From: Gemmatimonadota bacterium
GTDB lineage: Bacteria > Gemmatimonadota > Gemmatimonadetes > JACCXV01 > JAHWKZ01
DNA length: 47,460 nt
Assembly: GCA_035698825.1 (NCBI GenBank)
Contig: DASSBK010000160.1
Location: forward strand, 1 to 47,460
Direction: 5' to 3'
Shown: positions 18,745 through 28,237 of the stretch, piece after piece
How the letters are laid out: each line of letters begins with the position of its first letter
Position numbering within the stretch: the stretch's first letter is position 1
Made by a program: the position numbers and the translations under genes
Notes under the pieces: generated by a model
What the model was told of the DNA's origin: nothing
Databases searched by the model: none
Seen by the model: only the letters and a program-made list of their open reading frames with translations

Positions 18745-19647
18745 CTACAAGTTGGCGGCGGTGAGGGGCTCGCGCACGGTCCGCCTCTGGAGAGTCAGGA
18801 AGATGCCGGCCAGGACGAGCGCGCCCCCGATCCAGGTCGCGGCGCGCGGCGTCTCCGCCAGGAGTAGCGCGGCCCAGAGGGCGGACCCCACGGGCTCGCC
18901 GAGGATCGCGACGTTGACCTTGAAGGCCGGCAGATAGCGGAGCGCGTAATTCATCGACGAGTGGCCGACGATCGTGGGGACGATCGCGAGGCCCGCCAGC
19001 GCCGCCCACGTCGCAGGTCCCCATCCGGCCAGGGCGCTCCCGGTGGCCAGCGCGCCCGCCAGGAGCCACGCCGCGGTGGCCGCATAGACGACGACCACGT
19101 ACGGGACCAGGTCCTTGGTCGCGCGCAGCATCTTGGCGAGCACGTAGTAGCCCGAGATCCAGAGCGCACCGAGAAGCGCCAGGAGGTCGCCCGCCAGCGC
19201 CCGCCGGTCGATGGCGAAATCGGCGCCGGCGATCACGACTGTCCCCGCGATGGCGAGTCCCATCCCGAGCCATGCGGTGCGGGACGGACGCTCGCGCAGG
19301 AAGGCGCGGCCGAGGACGGCCACGAACACGGGCTGCGTGCTGACCAGGACCCCCGATGCGGCGACCGAGGTGTATTCGAGCGACGAGATCCAGCACGCGA
19401 AGTGGAGGGCCAGGAGGAGCGCCGCGCCCGCGCCCGTCCACCAGTCGATCCCGCGCCACGCGCGCCAGAATCGGATCCGGGCCGCCCCGCAGAACGCCGC
19501 CAGGAGCGCCGCCGCCAGCGCCATTCGCCAGAACGCGATCGAGATCGCGGGGGCGTCGGCCCAGCGGACGAGGATCGCCGCCCAGGTGAGGGCGACGACT
19601 CCCAGCGTCATGACGGGTCCGGCGCGATGTCCGCGCCCCGGGCTCAT
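18745..19647 (-). CDS. EamA/DMT-superfamily transporter (10-TM type)
   Basis: 300 aa from ATG 19647, which overlaps the GT4 stop (ATGA). Two EamA-like halves (WISSLEYTSVAASGVLVSTQPVFVAVLG and GHSSMNYALRYLPAFKVNVAILGEPVGSALWA). ATG at 19611 is an alternative start. Confidence 0.8.
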   Translation of the reverse strand: MSPGRGHRAGPVMTLGVVALTWAAILVRWADAPAISIAFWRMALAAALLAAFCGAARIRFWRAWRGIDWWTGAGAALLLALHFACWISSLEYTSVAASGVLVSTQPVFVAVLGRAFLRERPSRTAWLGMGLAIAGTVVIAGADFAIDRRALAGDLLALLGALWISGYYVLAKMLRATKDLVPYVVVVYAATAAWLLAGALATGSALAGWGPATWAALAGLAIVPTIVGHSSMNYALRYLPAFKVNVAILGEPVGSALWAALLLAETPRAATWIGGALVLAGIFLTLQRRTVREPLTAANL

Positions 19648-20873
19648 CGGCCGATCGCCTCGCGGATCACGCGCTCCCACTCCGCGCAGCAGACGCCGCG
19701 CTCGAATCCCGCGCGGAAGGCGTCGCGAGCCCGTTCCCCCATCCGCCGCCTTCCCTCGGGATCCCCGCGCAGCGCGCGAAGCGTCTCGACCAGCCGATCG
19801 GTCGCCGACGTTCCTTCCTCGGCGGGGTCGATGACGTGTCCGATCCCCGCGTCCTCGATCGTGCGGCCGCTCTCCGATCCCCGCGGACCGATCATGACCA
19901 CCGGGCGTCCCGCGGCCATGATCCCGTAGAGCTTGACCGGGACCACGAGCCCGGCCATGTCGCCGCGCAGCGTGAGGAGGTGGACGTCCGCCAGCGTGAG
20001 CGAATCCGCCAGCTCGCGGCGCGGCCGGTAGTCGAGGTACCGGAAGTTCCGGTTGCGCCCGGCCCTGGCGACGATCTCCGCCTTGCGGGGGCCGCCGCCC
20101 ACGAACACGAACTCCATCCCCGGGTCGTCCGCGAGGCGATCCATGGCCCGCAGCACCTCGTCGAACCGATGGGCGAGGCCCGCGTTTCCCGAGTACATGA
20201 CGACGAACTCGTCCCCGATCCCGAGCTCCCGGGCGAGCGGATTGCCGGAGCGGCTCGCGCCGTCCGGCTCGACGTCGTGGCTCCACACCGGAATCGTCCG
20301 GATGGCGGAGGCGGAGACGCCCTTGTCGACCAGCCGCTCCTTCATGCGCGGTCCGAGCGCCACGACGAACTCCGCGCGCCGATGGCTCGCGCGATCGACC
20401 GGCTCGAGCGCCCGCGCGATCCAGGTCGGCAGGATTCCCAACGCGACCTCGATCTCCGGATGGACGTCCATCGACCAGATCGCGTACCGGCGGCCCCGCA
20501 CGAGGCGCGCGATCCACCCCGACACGGGCAGCATCGACGGCGTCGTCAGGAGGACGACGAGATCGCGACGCGGGCCAGTGGCGAGCCGCGCGGCGACCTG
20601 CGCGAGGAAGGCGACGTACTCGAGCAGGCGGCCGCGGTGGCTCCGCCTTCCGAGCGCGAGCGACGGGAGGCGCGTCACCCGCACGCCGCGCCGGATCTCC
20701 CGCGTGGGCGCGTCCACCCGCCCGCCCTCGTACGCCCCCTGGCTGCAGAGCACACCCACGTCGAACCCCCTGCCCACCAGGTGCTCGGCGAGATCGGAGA
20801 GGATCTGTCCCGTCGCGGCGACGTCGGGCCAGTAGTGCTGGTTGACGAACAGGATCGAGGGCTTCCGCGTCAC
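19644..20873 (-). CDS. GT4-family glycosyltransferase (WcaI/WbuB-like)
   Basis: 409 aa from a GTG overlapping the carbamoyltransferase stop (GTGA): VTRKPSILFVNQHYWPDVAATGQILSDLAEHLVGRGFDV... and PVKLYGIMAAGRPVV. The remainder of the 1213-aa track ORF is shadow. Confidence 0.8.
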   Translation of the reverse strand: MTRKPSILFVNQHYWPDVAATGQILSDLAEHLVGRGFDVGVLCSQGAYEGGRVDAPTREIRRGVRVTRLPSLALGRRSHRGRLLEYVAFLAQVAARLATGPRRDLVVLLTTPSMLPVSGWIARLVRGRRYAIWSMDVHPEIEVALGILPTWIARALEPVDRASHRRAEFVVALGPRMKERLVDKGVSASAIRTIPVWSHDVEPDGASRSGNPLARELGIGDEFVVMYSGNAGLAHRFDEVLRAMDRLADDPGMEFVFVGGGPRKAEIVARAGRNRNFRYLDYRPRRELADSLTLADVHLLTLRGDMAGLVVPVKLYGIMAAGRPVVMIGPRGSESGRTIEDAGIGHVIDPAEEGTSATDRLVETLRALRGDPEGRRRMGERARDAFRAGFERGVCCAEWERVIREAIGR

Positions 20874-22615
20874 GCGGGGCGGGGCTTCGTCACGACGAAC
20901 GGCCCGAGGACCAGGGTGTCCATCTGCGTCCGCAGAAAGCAGTCCAGGGCCTCTTCGGGCCGGTTGACGATGGGCTCGTTCTCGTTGAACGAGGTATTGA
21001 GGACCATCGGCACGCCGGTGCGCCGGGCGAAGCTCCGGATGAGCCGGTGGTACAGCGGGTTCGCCTCGGCCGTGACGGTGTGCGGGCGGCCCGAACCGTC
21101 GACGTGCGTGACCGCGGGGATCAGCGGCCGCTTCTCCTCCCGGATCCCGTAGACCTTCATCATGAACGGCACGTCGTCGTCGACCTCGAACCATTCCCCC
21201 ATCGCCTCGCGCAGGATGGAAGGGGCGAAGGGACGGAAGCGCTCGCGCAGCTTGATCTTCGCGTTCAGGACCTCGCGCATGTCGGCGCGGCGGGGATCGC
21301 AGAGGATGCTGCGGTTGCCGAGTGCCCGCGGGCCTAGCTCCATCCTCCCCTGGAACCACCCCAGGACCTCGCCGTCCGCGATCCGCTCGGCGACTTCCTC
21401 GCAGAGCGCCTCCTCGTCCGCGATCTCCCGCACCGAGCACGCCTCCAGCTCCCCCGCCGCGGAATCGAGCGCGCCCCGCAGGCTGTCGCGATCGTAGCCC
21501 GGACCGTAAAAGGAATGGATCATGGCCGCGGGGCGCTGTCCGCCGGAAGCCTCGCGCCAGGCGACCAGTGCGGCGCCGACCGCTCCGCCGCCGTCTCCCG
21601 GCGCGGGCGGCGCGAAGACTCTCCGGAATGGCGTCTCGCGCGTCACCTTCCCGTTGGCGACCGAGTTCATCGCCGCCCCCCCCGACAGGACCACCGCGTC
21701 CAGCCCATAGCGGGCATGGAGCGACCTCAGGAGCTCTAGGACCGCCTCCTCGAATCGCGCCTGCGCGGAGCGCGCGACATCGAAGTGGCGCTGCTCGAGC
21801 TCTTCCCCGTCCCGGCGCGCGGGACCCAGGAGCTCCTCCAGCGCCTCGGTGTAGTGCCGCTCGACGGTCGGGGCCCCGGACTCCCAGCGGTACGCGAGAT
21901 CCTCGCGATGGTGGCGGAAGAACTCGAGGTCGAGGCGGAACTCCCCGCCCGGCAGCGTCGTCACGACCTTCCGCATCTCCTCCATCCGGGTGGGCGACCC
22001 GTACGGCGCAAGCCCCATGACCTTGTACTCGTCTCCGTACTTCGGGAACCCGAGATACTGCGTGATGGCGAGGTAGAAGATCCCCAGCGAATGGGGAAAG
22101 TACACGCGCCCGTCGAGGCGCATCTCCACGCCGTGTCCCACGCCCCAGGAGGCGCTCGAGAAGTCCCCGAACCCGTCCACGGAGAGGAGCACGGCGTCGG
22201 CGAAGGGCGATACCAGGAACGCCGAGCCCTGGTGCGCGAGGTGGTGCTCGACCTTCTCGATCCGCCCGCCGAAGCGGCCCGGGCCGGAGCGGGAGAGATC
22301 TTCCTCGATGCCGCCGATCCGCCGCGCGTTCCGGAGCCGGTCGCGGACGAGCCCCACCTGCGGCCGGTGGCGGAGCCCCCACGCGATCTTGCGCCCGAGG
22401 TTCGCGCGTGGATCGCGATTGACCGCCACGACGTCCACGTCGCCCAGGTCGAGGCCTCCCTCGCGCAGGCACCACGCGATCGACTCGGCGGGAAAGCCTG
22501 CCCAGTGCTTGAGCCGCCGGAAGCGCTCCTCTTCCACCGCCGCGACCAGGCGGCCGTCGACGACGAGAGCCGCGGCCGCGTCGGCGTGGTAGGCGTTCAA
22601 GCCGAGCACGTTCAT
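20870..22615 (-). CDS. Carbamoyltransferase (NodU/CmcH family)
   Basis: 581 aa from ATG 22615 (residue 85 of the track ORF), which overlaps the upstream stop (ATGA). MNVLGLNAYHADAAAALVVDGRLVAAVEEERFRRLKHWAGFP, then SGGAAMNSVANG and the C-terminal NTSFNENEPIV. Confidence 0.88.
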   Translation of the reverse strand: MNVLGLNAYHADAAAALVVDGRLVAAVEEERFRRLKHWAGFPAESIAWCLREGGLDLGDVDVVAVNRDPRANLGRKIAWGLRHRPQVGLVRDRLRNARRIGGIEEDLSRSGPGRFGGRIEKVEHHLAHQGSAFLVSPFADAVLLSVDGFGDFSSASWGVGHGVEMRLDGRVYFPHSLGIFYLAITQYLGFPKYGDEYKVMGLAPYGSPTRMEEMRKVVTTLPGGEFRLDLEFFRHHREDLAYRWESGAPTVERHYTEALEELLGPARRDGEELEQRHFDVARSAQARFEEAVLELLRSLHARYGLDAVVLSGGAAMNSVANGKVTRETPFRRVFAPPAPGDGGGAVGAALVAWREASGGQRPAAMIHSFYGPGYDRDSLRGALDSAAGELEACSVREIADEEALCEEVAERIADGEVLGWFQGRMELGPRALGNRSILCDPRRADMREVLNAKIKLRERFRPFAPSILREAMGEWFEVDDDVPFMMKVYGIREEKRPLIPAVTHVDGSGRPHTVTAEANPLYHRLIRSFARRTGVPMVLNTSFNENEPIVNRPEEALDCFLRTQMDTLVLGPFVVTKPRPA

Positions 22616-23382
22616 GCGCGCTTCCTTCGCGCCTCCATGAGCTTGAGCGAAAGGATCCCTTCGGCGACCGCCCGCTGCGCCGTATAGTACAGGCCGGCTC
22701 TCCCGTCGAGGACCAGCCCGCGACCGAACAGGCAGTAGAGCGTGACCGCGGGAGGGCCCAGCACCATCGTGGAGCGCAGACGGTCGGCCCATCCCAGCTC
22801 GCGCATCGGGGAGACGGCCAGCTTGGCCGCCTCCCGCTCGGCGTACTTCGCCTGGTTCCGCAGCCACCGCTTGAGGCTCTTGCGGTCGTCGTGGAGGATC
22901 GGCGTGCGGAGCGAGCCGCTCGCGCCCGCGACGCGCACGCGCTGGGTGTGGCCGTCCTGGTCGAAGGCGGCGAGCTCCCTGCGGAACAGCACCTGACGCG
23001 GGGGATACAGCGATCCCCGCAGCTTCCGGCCGAGCACCACGTACTCGAACGGCGCGAAGAACCCGCTCTCGGCCGGCTCCTCCGGGAGCGCGGCGATCTC
23101 CTCGACGAGCGCGGGCGGGACCAGATAGTCGGCGTCCAGCGCCAGCGCCCAGGGGGTTTCGACGGCGGCGAGCGCGTAGTTGCTCTGCCCGGCGTGCGTA
23201 TCGAAGGCTCGCGAGCGCACCTCGACGTTGGGATGGGAGCGCGCGATCTCGACGGTGCGGTCGCTGCTCCCGCTGTCGACGACAAGCACGCGCCCGGCCC
23301 AGCGGAGCCGGGCGAGCACGCGCCCGATGTTCGGCTCCTCGTCGAACGTCAGGACGAACGGGGTGATGGCCGACAGATCCAC
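22612..23382 (-). CDS. GT2-family glycosyltransferase
   Basis: 256 aa from GTG 23382, 1 nt after the upstream TGA: VDLSAITPFVLTFDEEPNIGRVL...VLVVDSGSSDRT...LALDADY (DxD). Confidence 0.75.
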   Translation of the reverse strand: MDLSAITPFVLTFDEEPNIGRVLARLRWAGRVLVVDSGSSDRTVEIARSHPNVEVRSRAFDTHAGQSNYALAAVETPWALALDADYLVPPALVEEIAALPEEPAESGFFAPFEYVVLGRKLRGSLYPPRQVLFRRELAAFDQDGHTQRVRVAGASGSLRTPILHDDRKSLKRWLRNQAKYAEREAAKLAVSPMRELGWADRLRSTMVLGPPAVTLYCLFGRGLVLDGRAGLYYTAQRAVAEGILSLKLMEARRKRA

Positions 23383-23383
23383 G

Positions 23384-24532
23384 TCAGTCCCGCCGCACGC
23401 AAGCGGGCGCGTCGCGCTCGCCGGCCAGCCAGCGGTAGACGTCGAGCATGCGGCGGGCGATCGCGGGCCAGGCGAAGCGCTCCGCCACGAGCCGGCGGCC
23501 GCGCGATCCCATCTCGCGGCGATCGGCGTCCGGGAGCGCGGCCGCCTGCCGGATCGCCGCGGCCAGGGGCTCGACGCCGGCCTCGATCCACCAGCCGCAG
23601 CCATGCTCCACGAGCGACCGCCACGGCGCCGCGCGCGTCGTGATCACCGGCACCGAGCTCGCCAGCGCCTCGGCCACGACGGCGCCGAAGTTCTCGCTCG
23701 AGGTCGGCAGCACGAACACGTCCGCCGTTCCGTGGAGGTCCCACTTCTCCGCGTCGGGCACGGCGTCGCGGAATCGGATCCCCGCGTCCGCGCCGAGCTC
23801 CCTGGCCCGGCGCTCGATCGTCGCGCGGTGGCCGCGCTCGTCGGGGCCGGCGATGACGAGCTCCCAGCCCGCGGGGCGCGCCACCCGCCACGCCTCGACG
23901 AGCGGCTCGAGGCCCTTCGTGGGGTGGATGCGCGACAGAAAGAGGAAGCGCCGGGTCCGGTCCGGCGCGCCCGGATCGCGCTCGCCCGCCGGCGGCAGAT
24001 CGACGCCGTTGGGGACGATCGCGATCGGGACTCCGATCCCGGCCGCCCGGATCTCTTCGGCCTCGAGGTCGGAGGTCGCGTGCAGTGCGTCGGCCGCCTC
24101 GAGGTCGCGCTCCTGGTACGCGCGCCACGCGATCCGCTTCCGCCAGCCGCGATGCGCGAGGGACCACTCCGACAGCATTCCCCGCGGGCTGACGATCCGC
24201 GCCACTGATCGCCGCGCCGCGACGCGGGCCGTGGCGCGGTTGCTGTCGAGCCAGATCCCGTGGTCGTGCACCGCGCGCGCGCGCGTGGCGGCGAGCCGCT
24301 CTTCGAGGAGTCGCGTGAAGGGACGCCGCCGCGGCTGCACCCTTCCCCATCGGCGGGCCACCCCCGAGGCGCGCACTGGAACGCCGGGGTCGAACCCGGC
24401 TTCGCCGGTCACGATCTCGATCCCCGCGCCCATCTGCGCTAGGGATCGGCACAGGGCGGCGACGGAGCGCGCCGGCCCGCCCTCGGCGTGCGCGAGGCGC
24501 GCGATCGTGTGCACGACGGAAACCTCGGTCAC
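23384..24532 (-). CDS. GT4-family glycosyltransferase
   Basis: 382 aa from a GTG overlapping the upstream stop (GTGA). FLFLSRIHPTKGLEPLVEAW and PTSSENFGAVVAEALASSVPVITT (EX7E). Confidence 0.8.
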   Translation of the reverse strand: MTEVSVVHTIARLAHAEGGPARSVAALCRSLAQMGAGIEIVTGEAGFDPGVPVRASGVARRWGRVQPRRRPFTRLLEERLAATRARAVHDHGIWLDSNRATARVAARRSVARIVSPRGMLSEWSLAHRGWRKRIAWRAYQERDLEAADALHATSDLEAEEIRAAGIGVPIAIVPNGVDLPPAGERDPGAPDRTRRFLFLSRIHPTKGLEPLVEAWRVARPAGWELVIAGPDERGHRATIERRARELGADAGIRFRDAVPDAEKWDLHGTADVFVLPTSSENFGAVVAEALASSVPVITTRAAPWRSLVEHGCGWWIEAGVEPLAAAIRQAAALPDADRREMGSRGRRLVAERFAWPAIARRMLDVYRWLAGERDAPACVRRD

Positions 24533-25665
24533 GAGCGCCCGCGCACGCCGCGCGTGTCGAGGATCTGCTCGAGCCGCGCCCGGAACCGCTCGGGCCCGAA
24601 GCTCTCGATGACGCGCCGCCGCAGCCGGGCGGGGTCGTAGATCGCGCGATTGGGATGCCTGCCGCTCAGGACTTCCACGGCCGCCGCCGCGAAGGCTCCC
24701 ACGTCGTCCGGGTCGACCAGCACGCCGATCTCCCCGTCGAGCAGCGCGTCCCGCGCGCCGTCCCGGTCGCCGGCGATCGCGGGCTTGCCGCACGCCATCG
24801 CCTCGAGGTAGACGATCCCGAACCCCTCGCGCTTGCTCGGCATCGCGAAGGCGCTGCAGAGAGCGTAGTAGTCCGGCAGCTCCGCGTCGGGAACCGGCCC
24901 CGTCAGCGTCACGCACGACGCGAGCTCGAGGTCCCGCACGCGCCCCTCGATCCTCGCCCGGTCGTCCCCCTCCCCGACGAGGACATAGCGGAGTCCCGGG
25001 ATCCGGGCGCGGATCGCGGGCAGCGCCTCGAGCACGAGGTCGTATCCCTTGTGGCGGTCCTGTCCGGCCAGCCTCGCAACGGTGAGCAGCACGGGCTGAC
25101 CGGGCTCGACGCCGAGTTGCGCCATGAGCGCCGGCGAGGGCTCGCGGGGGCGGAACAGCGCGGGGTCGAACGTCCCCGGTAGGAGCGCGATCCGCGACGG
25201 GTCGAGAGCCTGCTCCTCGATCAGGCGGCGCTCCGTGTACCGGCTCACCGACAGGACGCAATCCGCCCTCGCGAGCGCGCGCTTCAGCGCCGGCCGCTCG
25301 ACGCCCCACGCCTCGATGCCATGGGCCACGATCCAGAAGGGGCTCCCCGTGCGCGGCAGCCAGTCGAAGACCGCGGCGAAGTTCAGATGCCCGACGACGA
25401 TCAGACGCGGCCGGTCGACCAGGGCGCGGAGCGCCACCGCGGCCGCAAAGGCCGGCGTCCGGATCCGGCGCGGCACCGCGCCGCTCGCGTGAACGCGCAC
25501 TCCGGGAAGCCGCGCGCCGTTCGCGCGATCGTTCTTGAGAAAGACTTCGTACTCGGGCTCCGGCCAGGCCTGGCGGAGCGCAGCGAGCAGGAACCCGGAG
25601 TACCGCTGGATGCCGCCGTGGGTCGCGGCGAGATCCGGCAGCCAAACGTGGCAGGAGACGCTCAC
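24529..25665 (-). CDS. GT4-family glycosyltransferase
   Basis: 378 aa from a GTG overlapping the upstream stop (GTGA). LLTVARLAGQDRHKGYDLVLEAL and PSKREGFGIVYLEAMACGKPAIAG (EX7E). Confidence 0.8.
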   Translation of the reverse strand: MSVSCHVWLPDLAATHGGIQRYSGFLLAALRQAWPEPEYEVFLKNDRANGARLPGVRVHASGAVPRRIRTPAFAAAVALRALVDRPRLIVVGHLNFAAVFDWLPRTGSPFWIVAHGIEAWGVERPALKRALARADCVLSVSRYTERRLIEEQALDPSRIALLPGTFDPALFRPREPSPALMAQLGVEPGQPVLLTVARLAGQDRHKGYDLVLEALPAIRARIPGLRYVLVGEGDDRARIEGRVRDLELASCVTLTGPVPDAELPDYYALCSAFAMPSKREGFGIVYLEAMACGKPAIAGDRDGARDALLDGEIGVLVDPDDVGAFAAAAVEVLSGRHPNRAIYDPARLRRRVIESFGPERFRARLEQILDTRGVRGRS

Positions 25666-26831
25666 CGCACCTTCCCGCGCACGTACGCGACTGCCTGCAG
25701 GGTGCCGTCCACCGCGCGCTCGGCCGAATACGATGCCACGTGCGCGCGCGCCCGGCGGCCCATCTCCGCGCGCGCGGCGCCATCCGCGCTCATCGCGAGG
25801 AGCGTCCGCGCGAGCGCGTCTACGTCTCCGAAGGGGAAGATCCGCCCGGTCTTCCCGTCGATCACGAGATCGGGCCCGCATCCCACGCGATCGCTGACGA
25901 TCGCGGGAAGCCCGTGGACCATCGCCTCGTTGACGACCAGGCCCCAGGTCTCCCCGTAGTCGGAGGGAAGAACCAGGCAGTCGGCCGCCACGTACGCGCG
26001 GCTGATCTCCGACTGGTTCAGGAATCCGGCGAATTCCGCCCCCGCCTCGTGACGCGCGGCATACCCTCTGGCAACCCCCTCCATCTCCCCGGTTCCCACC
26101 ACCAGCGCGCGGATCCGTGGATCGCTCCGGCGGGCGTTCGCGCACGCCGCCAGGAAGTCGAGAACGCGCTTCTTGCGAACGAGCTTTCCAGCGAACAGGA
26201 AGCAGATCTCCTCCGGAGCGACGCCCCAACCGGCGCGGATCGAGTCCCGCTCCGGCATCCGCGCAGCCGCCTGGGCGGCGAAGCGCTCGTTGTCCACGAA
26301 GTACGGGACGGGGAATATCCGCTCCGCGGGCACGCCGTTCCGCAGGTAGAACTCGCGGTTCGCCCGGCCGATGGCGAGGCACGCCTCGAAGCGGGCGAGA
26401 AGCCACCGATGGGCCGCGCGCATCCAGATCGCCCGGCGGCGCAGTCCGCTCGACTCGGCACGAACGAGACACGGGATCCCCAGCCGGCGGCAGGCGCGCA
26501 GGACCTGGAGGAGCGGCAGAGCGTTCCATCCCCCCACGATGACGGCCTCCGGGCGGTCGCGCGCGAGCGCCGCTTCCACTCCCGGCGTCCGGCTCGTGAA
26601 GAAGCCCCCCAGCGACGGCTCCCGGGCGGTGTTCTCGAGCTCCTCCCATCGATAGCCGTCGAGGAGAGGCACGTCCCACGCGAAGTCCGTCCCGAAGCCC
26701 ACGCCCTGCTGCCGGGGGCCGGGAAGGAGCGCGAAATAGACGGTGAGATCCACGCCCTCGCGGCGCGCGAGCGCGCGATACCACGGAACCTGGTACTGGA
26801 CCGGGTGGGTCGCCGCGATCGCCAGCTTCAA
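25662..26831 (-). CDS. GT4-family glycosyltransferase
   Basis: 389 aa. The only start near the domain boundary is TTG at 26831 (TTGA overlap with the upstream stop): LKLAIAATHPVQYQVPWYRAL..., FLFAGKLVRKKR and PSDYGETWGLVVNEAMVHGLPAIVS. Confidence 0.75.
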   Translation of the reverse strand: MKLAIAATHPVQYQVPWYRALARREGVDLTVYFALLPGPRQQGVGFGTDFAWDVPLLDGYRWEELENTAREPSLGGFFTSRTPGVEAALARDRPEAVIVGGWNALPLLQVLRACRRLGIPCLVRAESSGLRRRAIWMRAAHRWLLARFEACLAIGRANREFYLRNGVPAERIFPVPYFVDNERFAAQAAARMPERDSIRAGWGVAPEEICFLFAGKLVRKKRVLDFLAACANARRSDPRIRALVVGTGEMEGVARGYAARHEAGAEFAGFLNQSEISRAYVAADCLVLPSDYGETWGLVVNEAMVHGLPAIVSDRVGCGPDLVIDGKTGRIFPFGDVDALARTLLAMSADGAARAEMGRRARAHVASYSAERAVDGTLQAVAYVRGKVR

Positions 26832-28237
26832 CGGCGGACGCCCGCCTCGCGCGCGACCCCCGCGGCCGGGCGTGGCGGCGCGCCCTCGCGGATCCCCGGG
26901 ATCGCCAGGGCCAGCCCGAGGACCAGGCCGAGGATGTAGAGGACGAGCGGATCGCCGTAGATCTGATGCGCCACCGCGTACATGACGGCGTTGGCGAAGA
27001 GGAACGCCATGAGGCCATAGGCGTAGCGCGTCCTGCGGTATCCGCCGCCGCGGCCCGCGATGCGCGATAGCCGCCAGAGATGCCGGCCGAGCGCGAAAGC
27101 CAGGACGAGCACGATGACGAGCCCCGGCGCTCCGAGCTCGGCGACGACCTTTCCCAGGCCGCCCTCCGCGGCGGAACCCACGAGCTGCTGACCGCCCCCG
27201 AAGTACTGCGCGCCCTGGCTTCCCGTCCCCGCGCCGAGCCCGAACCAGCCGTTGCGATGGATCGTGAACCAGATCGCGCGCGTGCTGAATCGGCGATACC
27301 GTTCCGCCTCCTCCAGCCCGAGGCTCGCTCCCCGTTGGTAGTACGGAGAGATGCCGAGGATGTCGCCGGTGTCGGTGAACGCGAGCAGCCCCACGCCGAC
27401 GAGACAGAGGCCGAATAGCACGAGCGCGGTCTTCACGGCCCGCTTCCGGAACCAGGCGAGACACGCGAGGTACGCCAGCACGAACAGGGCGATGTCGACC
27501 AGGCCCTTCCGCCTGCCGGTGAACATCAGACCCACGAGGAAGTAGAGGCCCAGCAGCGCGGTGGGCCATACGACGGCCAGGACCTTGCGCCGGGAGAGGA
27601 AGAGCATGACGAGGAAGCAGGTCGCCATGGCGAGGTGCCAGGCGGCGACCTCCGGCGCGCGGAAGAAGCCGCTGGCGAGGCTGAGCTGCTGTCCGGTCGG
27701 TGAGTACGCGACGAGCCCGACGCCGACCGCGTCCAGGATCTTCCAGTCGTAGCCGGCGCGCGCGAGGTAGATGCCGGCCGCCATGATCGTCACGCCGATC
27801 AGGTACCAGCGCACGAGCTTTCGGAGGTCGCGCGTGGTCCGGGCGTACGCGAAGCCGAGCAGCACTCCGGGTATCGGCCCCAGGTAGGCCAGGAGACCGA
27901 TGCCCGCGATGACCGGGTTGCCTGTGTTCGCCAGCGCGGCCACGCTCTGGATACCGACCAGCAGCAGGAACAGGATCAGCGGGACACGGAGCCCCGATCC
28001 GCGCGCGAAGAGCGGCCGGAGCGTCAGAGGGACGCCGCGCAGGCGCGCGCCGAGCAACGTCGCGCCGACGAGCAGGAAGACGAGCACGCTGAGGTAGAGA
28101 GGCTCCTCGGGGACGAGCTTCCGCATCGGGTCGAGCGCGAAGCCGAACAGGAGCGTGATGATCACGCCGGCGCGCCAGTGCACGACGCAGACGAGCGCGA
28201 GCGCCGCCGCGACGACGAGGACATCCCACGCGATCAC
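26828..28237 (-). CDS. O-antigen ligase/polymerase-like (Wzy_C-type) polytopic membrane protein
   Basis: 469 aa with about 11 hydrophobic helices and a large loop (YYQRGASLGLEEAERYRRFSTRAIWFTIHRNGWFGLGAGTG...AEGGLGKVVAELGAPG) resembling the Wzy_C/WaaL periplasmic loop. The GTG start overlaps the upstream stop (GTGA). Confidence 0.7.
   Translation of the reverse strand: MIAWDVLVVAAALALVCVVHWRAGVIITLLFGFALDPMRKLVPEEPLYLSVLVFLLVGATLLGARLRGVPLTLRPLFARGSGLRVPLILFLLLVGIQSVAALANTGNPVIAGIGLLAYLGPIPGVLLGFAYARTTRDLRKLVRWYLIGVTIMAAGIYLARAGYDWKILDAVGVGLVAYSPTGQQLSLASGFFRAPEVAAWHLAMATCFLVMLFLSRRKVLAVVWPTALLGLYFLVGLMFTGRRKGLVDIALFVLAYLACLAWFRKRAVKTALVLFGLCLVGVGLLAFTDTGDILGISPYYQRGASLGLEEAERYRRFSTRAIWFTIHRNGWFGLGAGTGSQGAQYFGGGQQLVGSAAEGGLGKVVAELGAPGLVIVLVLAFALGRHLWRLSRIAGRGGGYRRTRYAYGLMAFLFANAVMYAVAHQIYGDPLVLYILGLVLGLALAIPGIREGAPPRPAAGVAREAGVRR

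Noticed and set aside
19644-23285. 1213-aa track ORF. Similar giants are 16616-19459 (947 aa), 23384-25783, 24529-27018, 25662-28301, 34715-37162, 35710-37905 and 36675-38723.
   Set aside because: Only the 3' portion of each has a recognisable domain. The upstream parts are Arg/Pro/Gly-rich read-through of the neighbouring gene in another frame, which is common at ~70% GC. True starts were reset at ATG/GTG/TTG codons overlapping the preceding stop.
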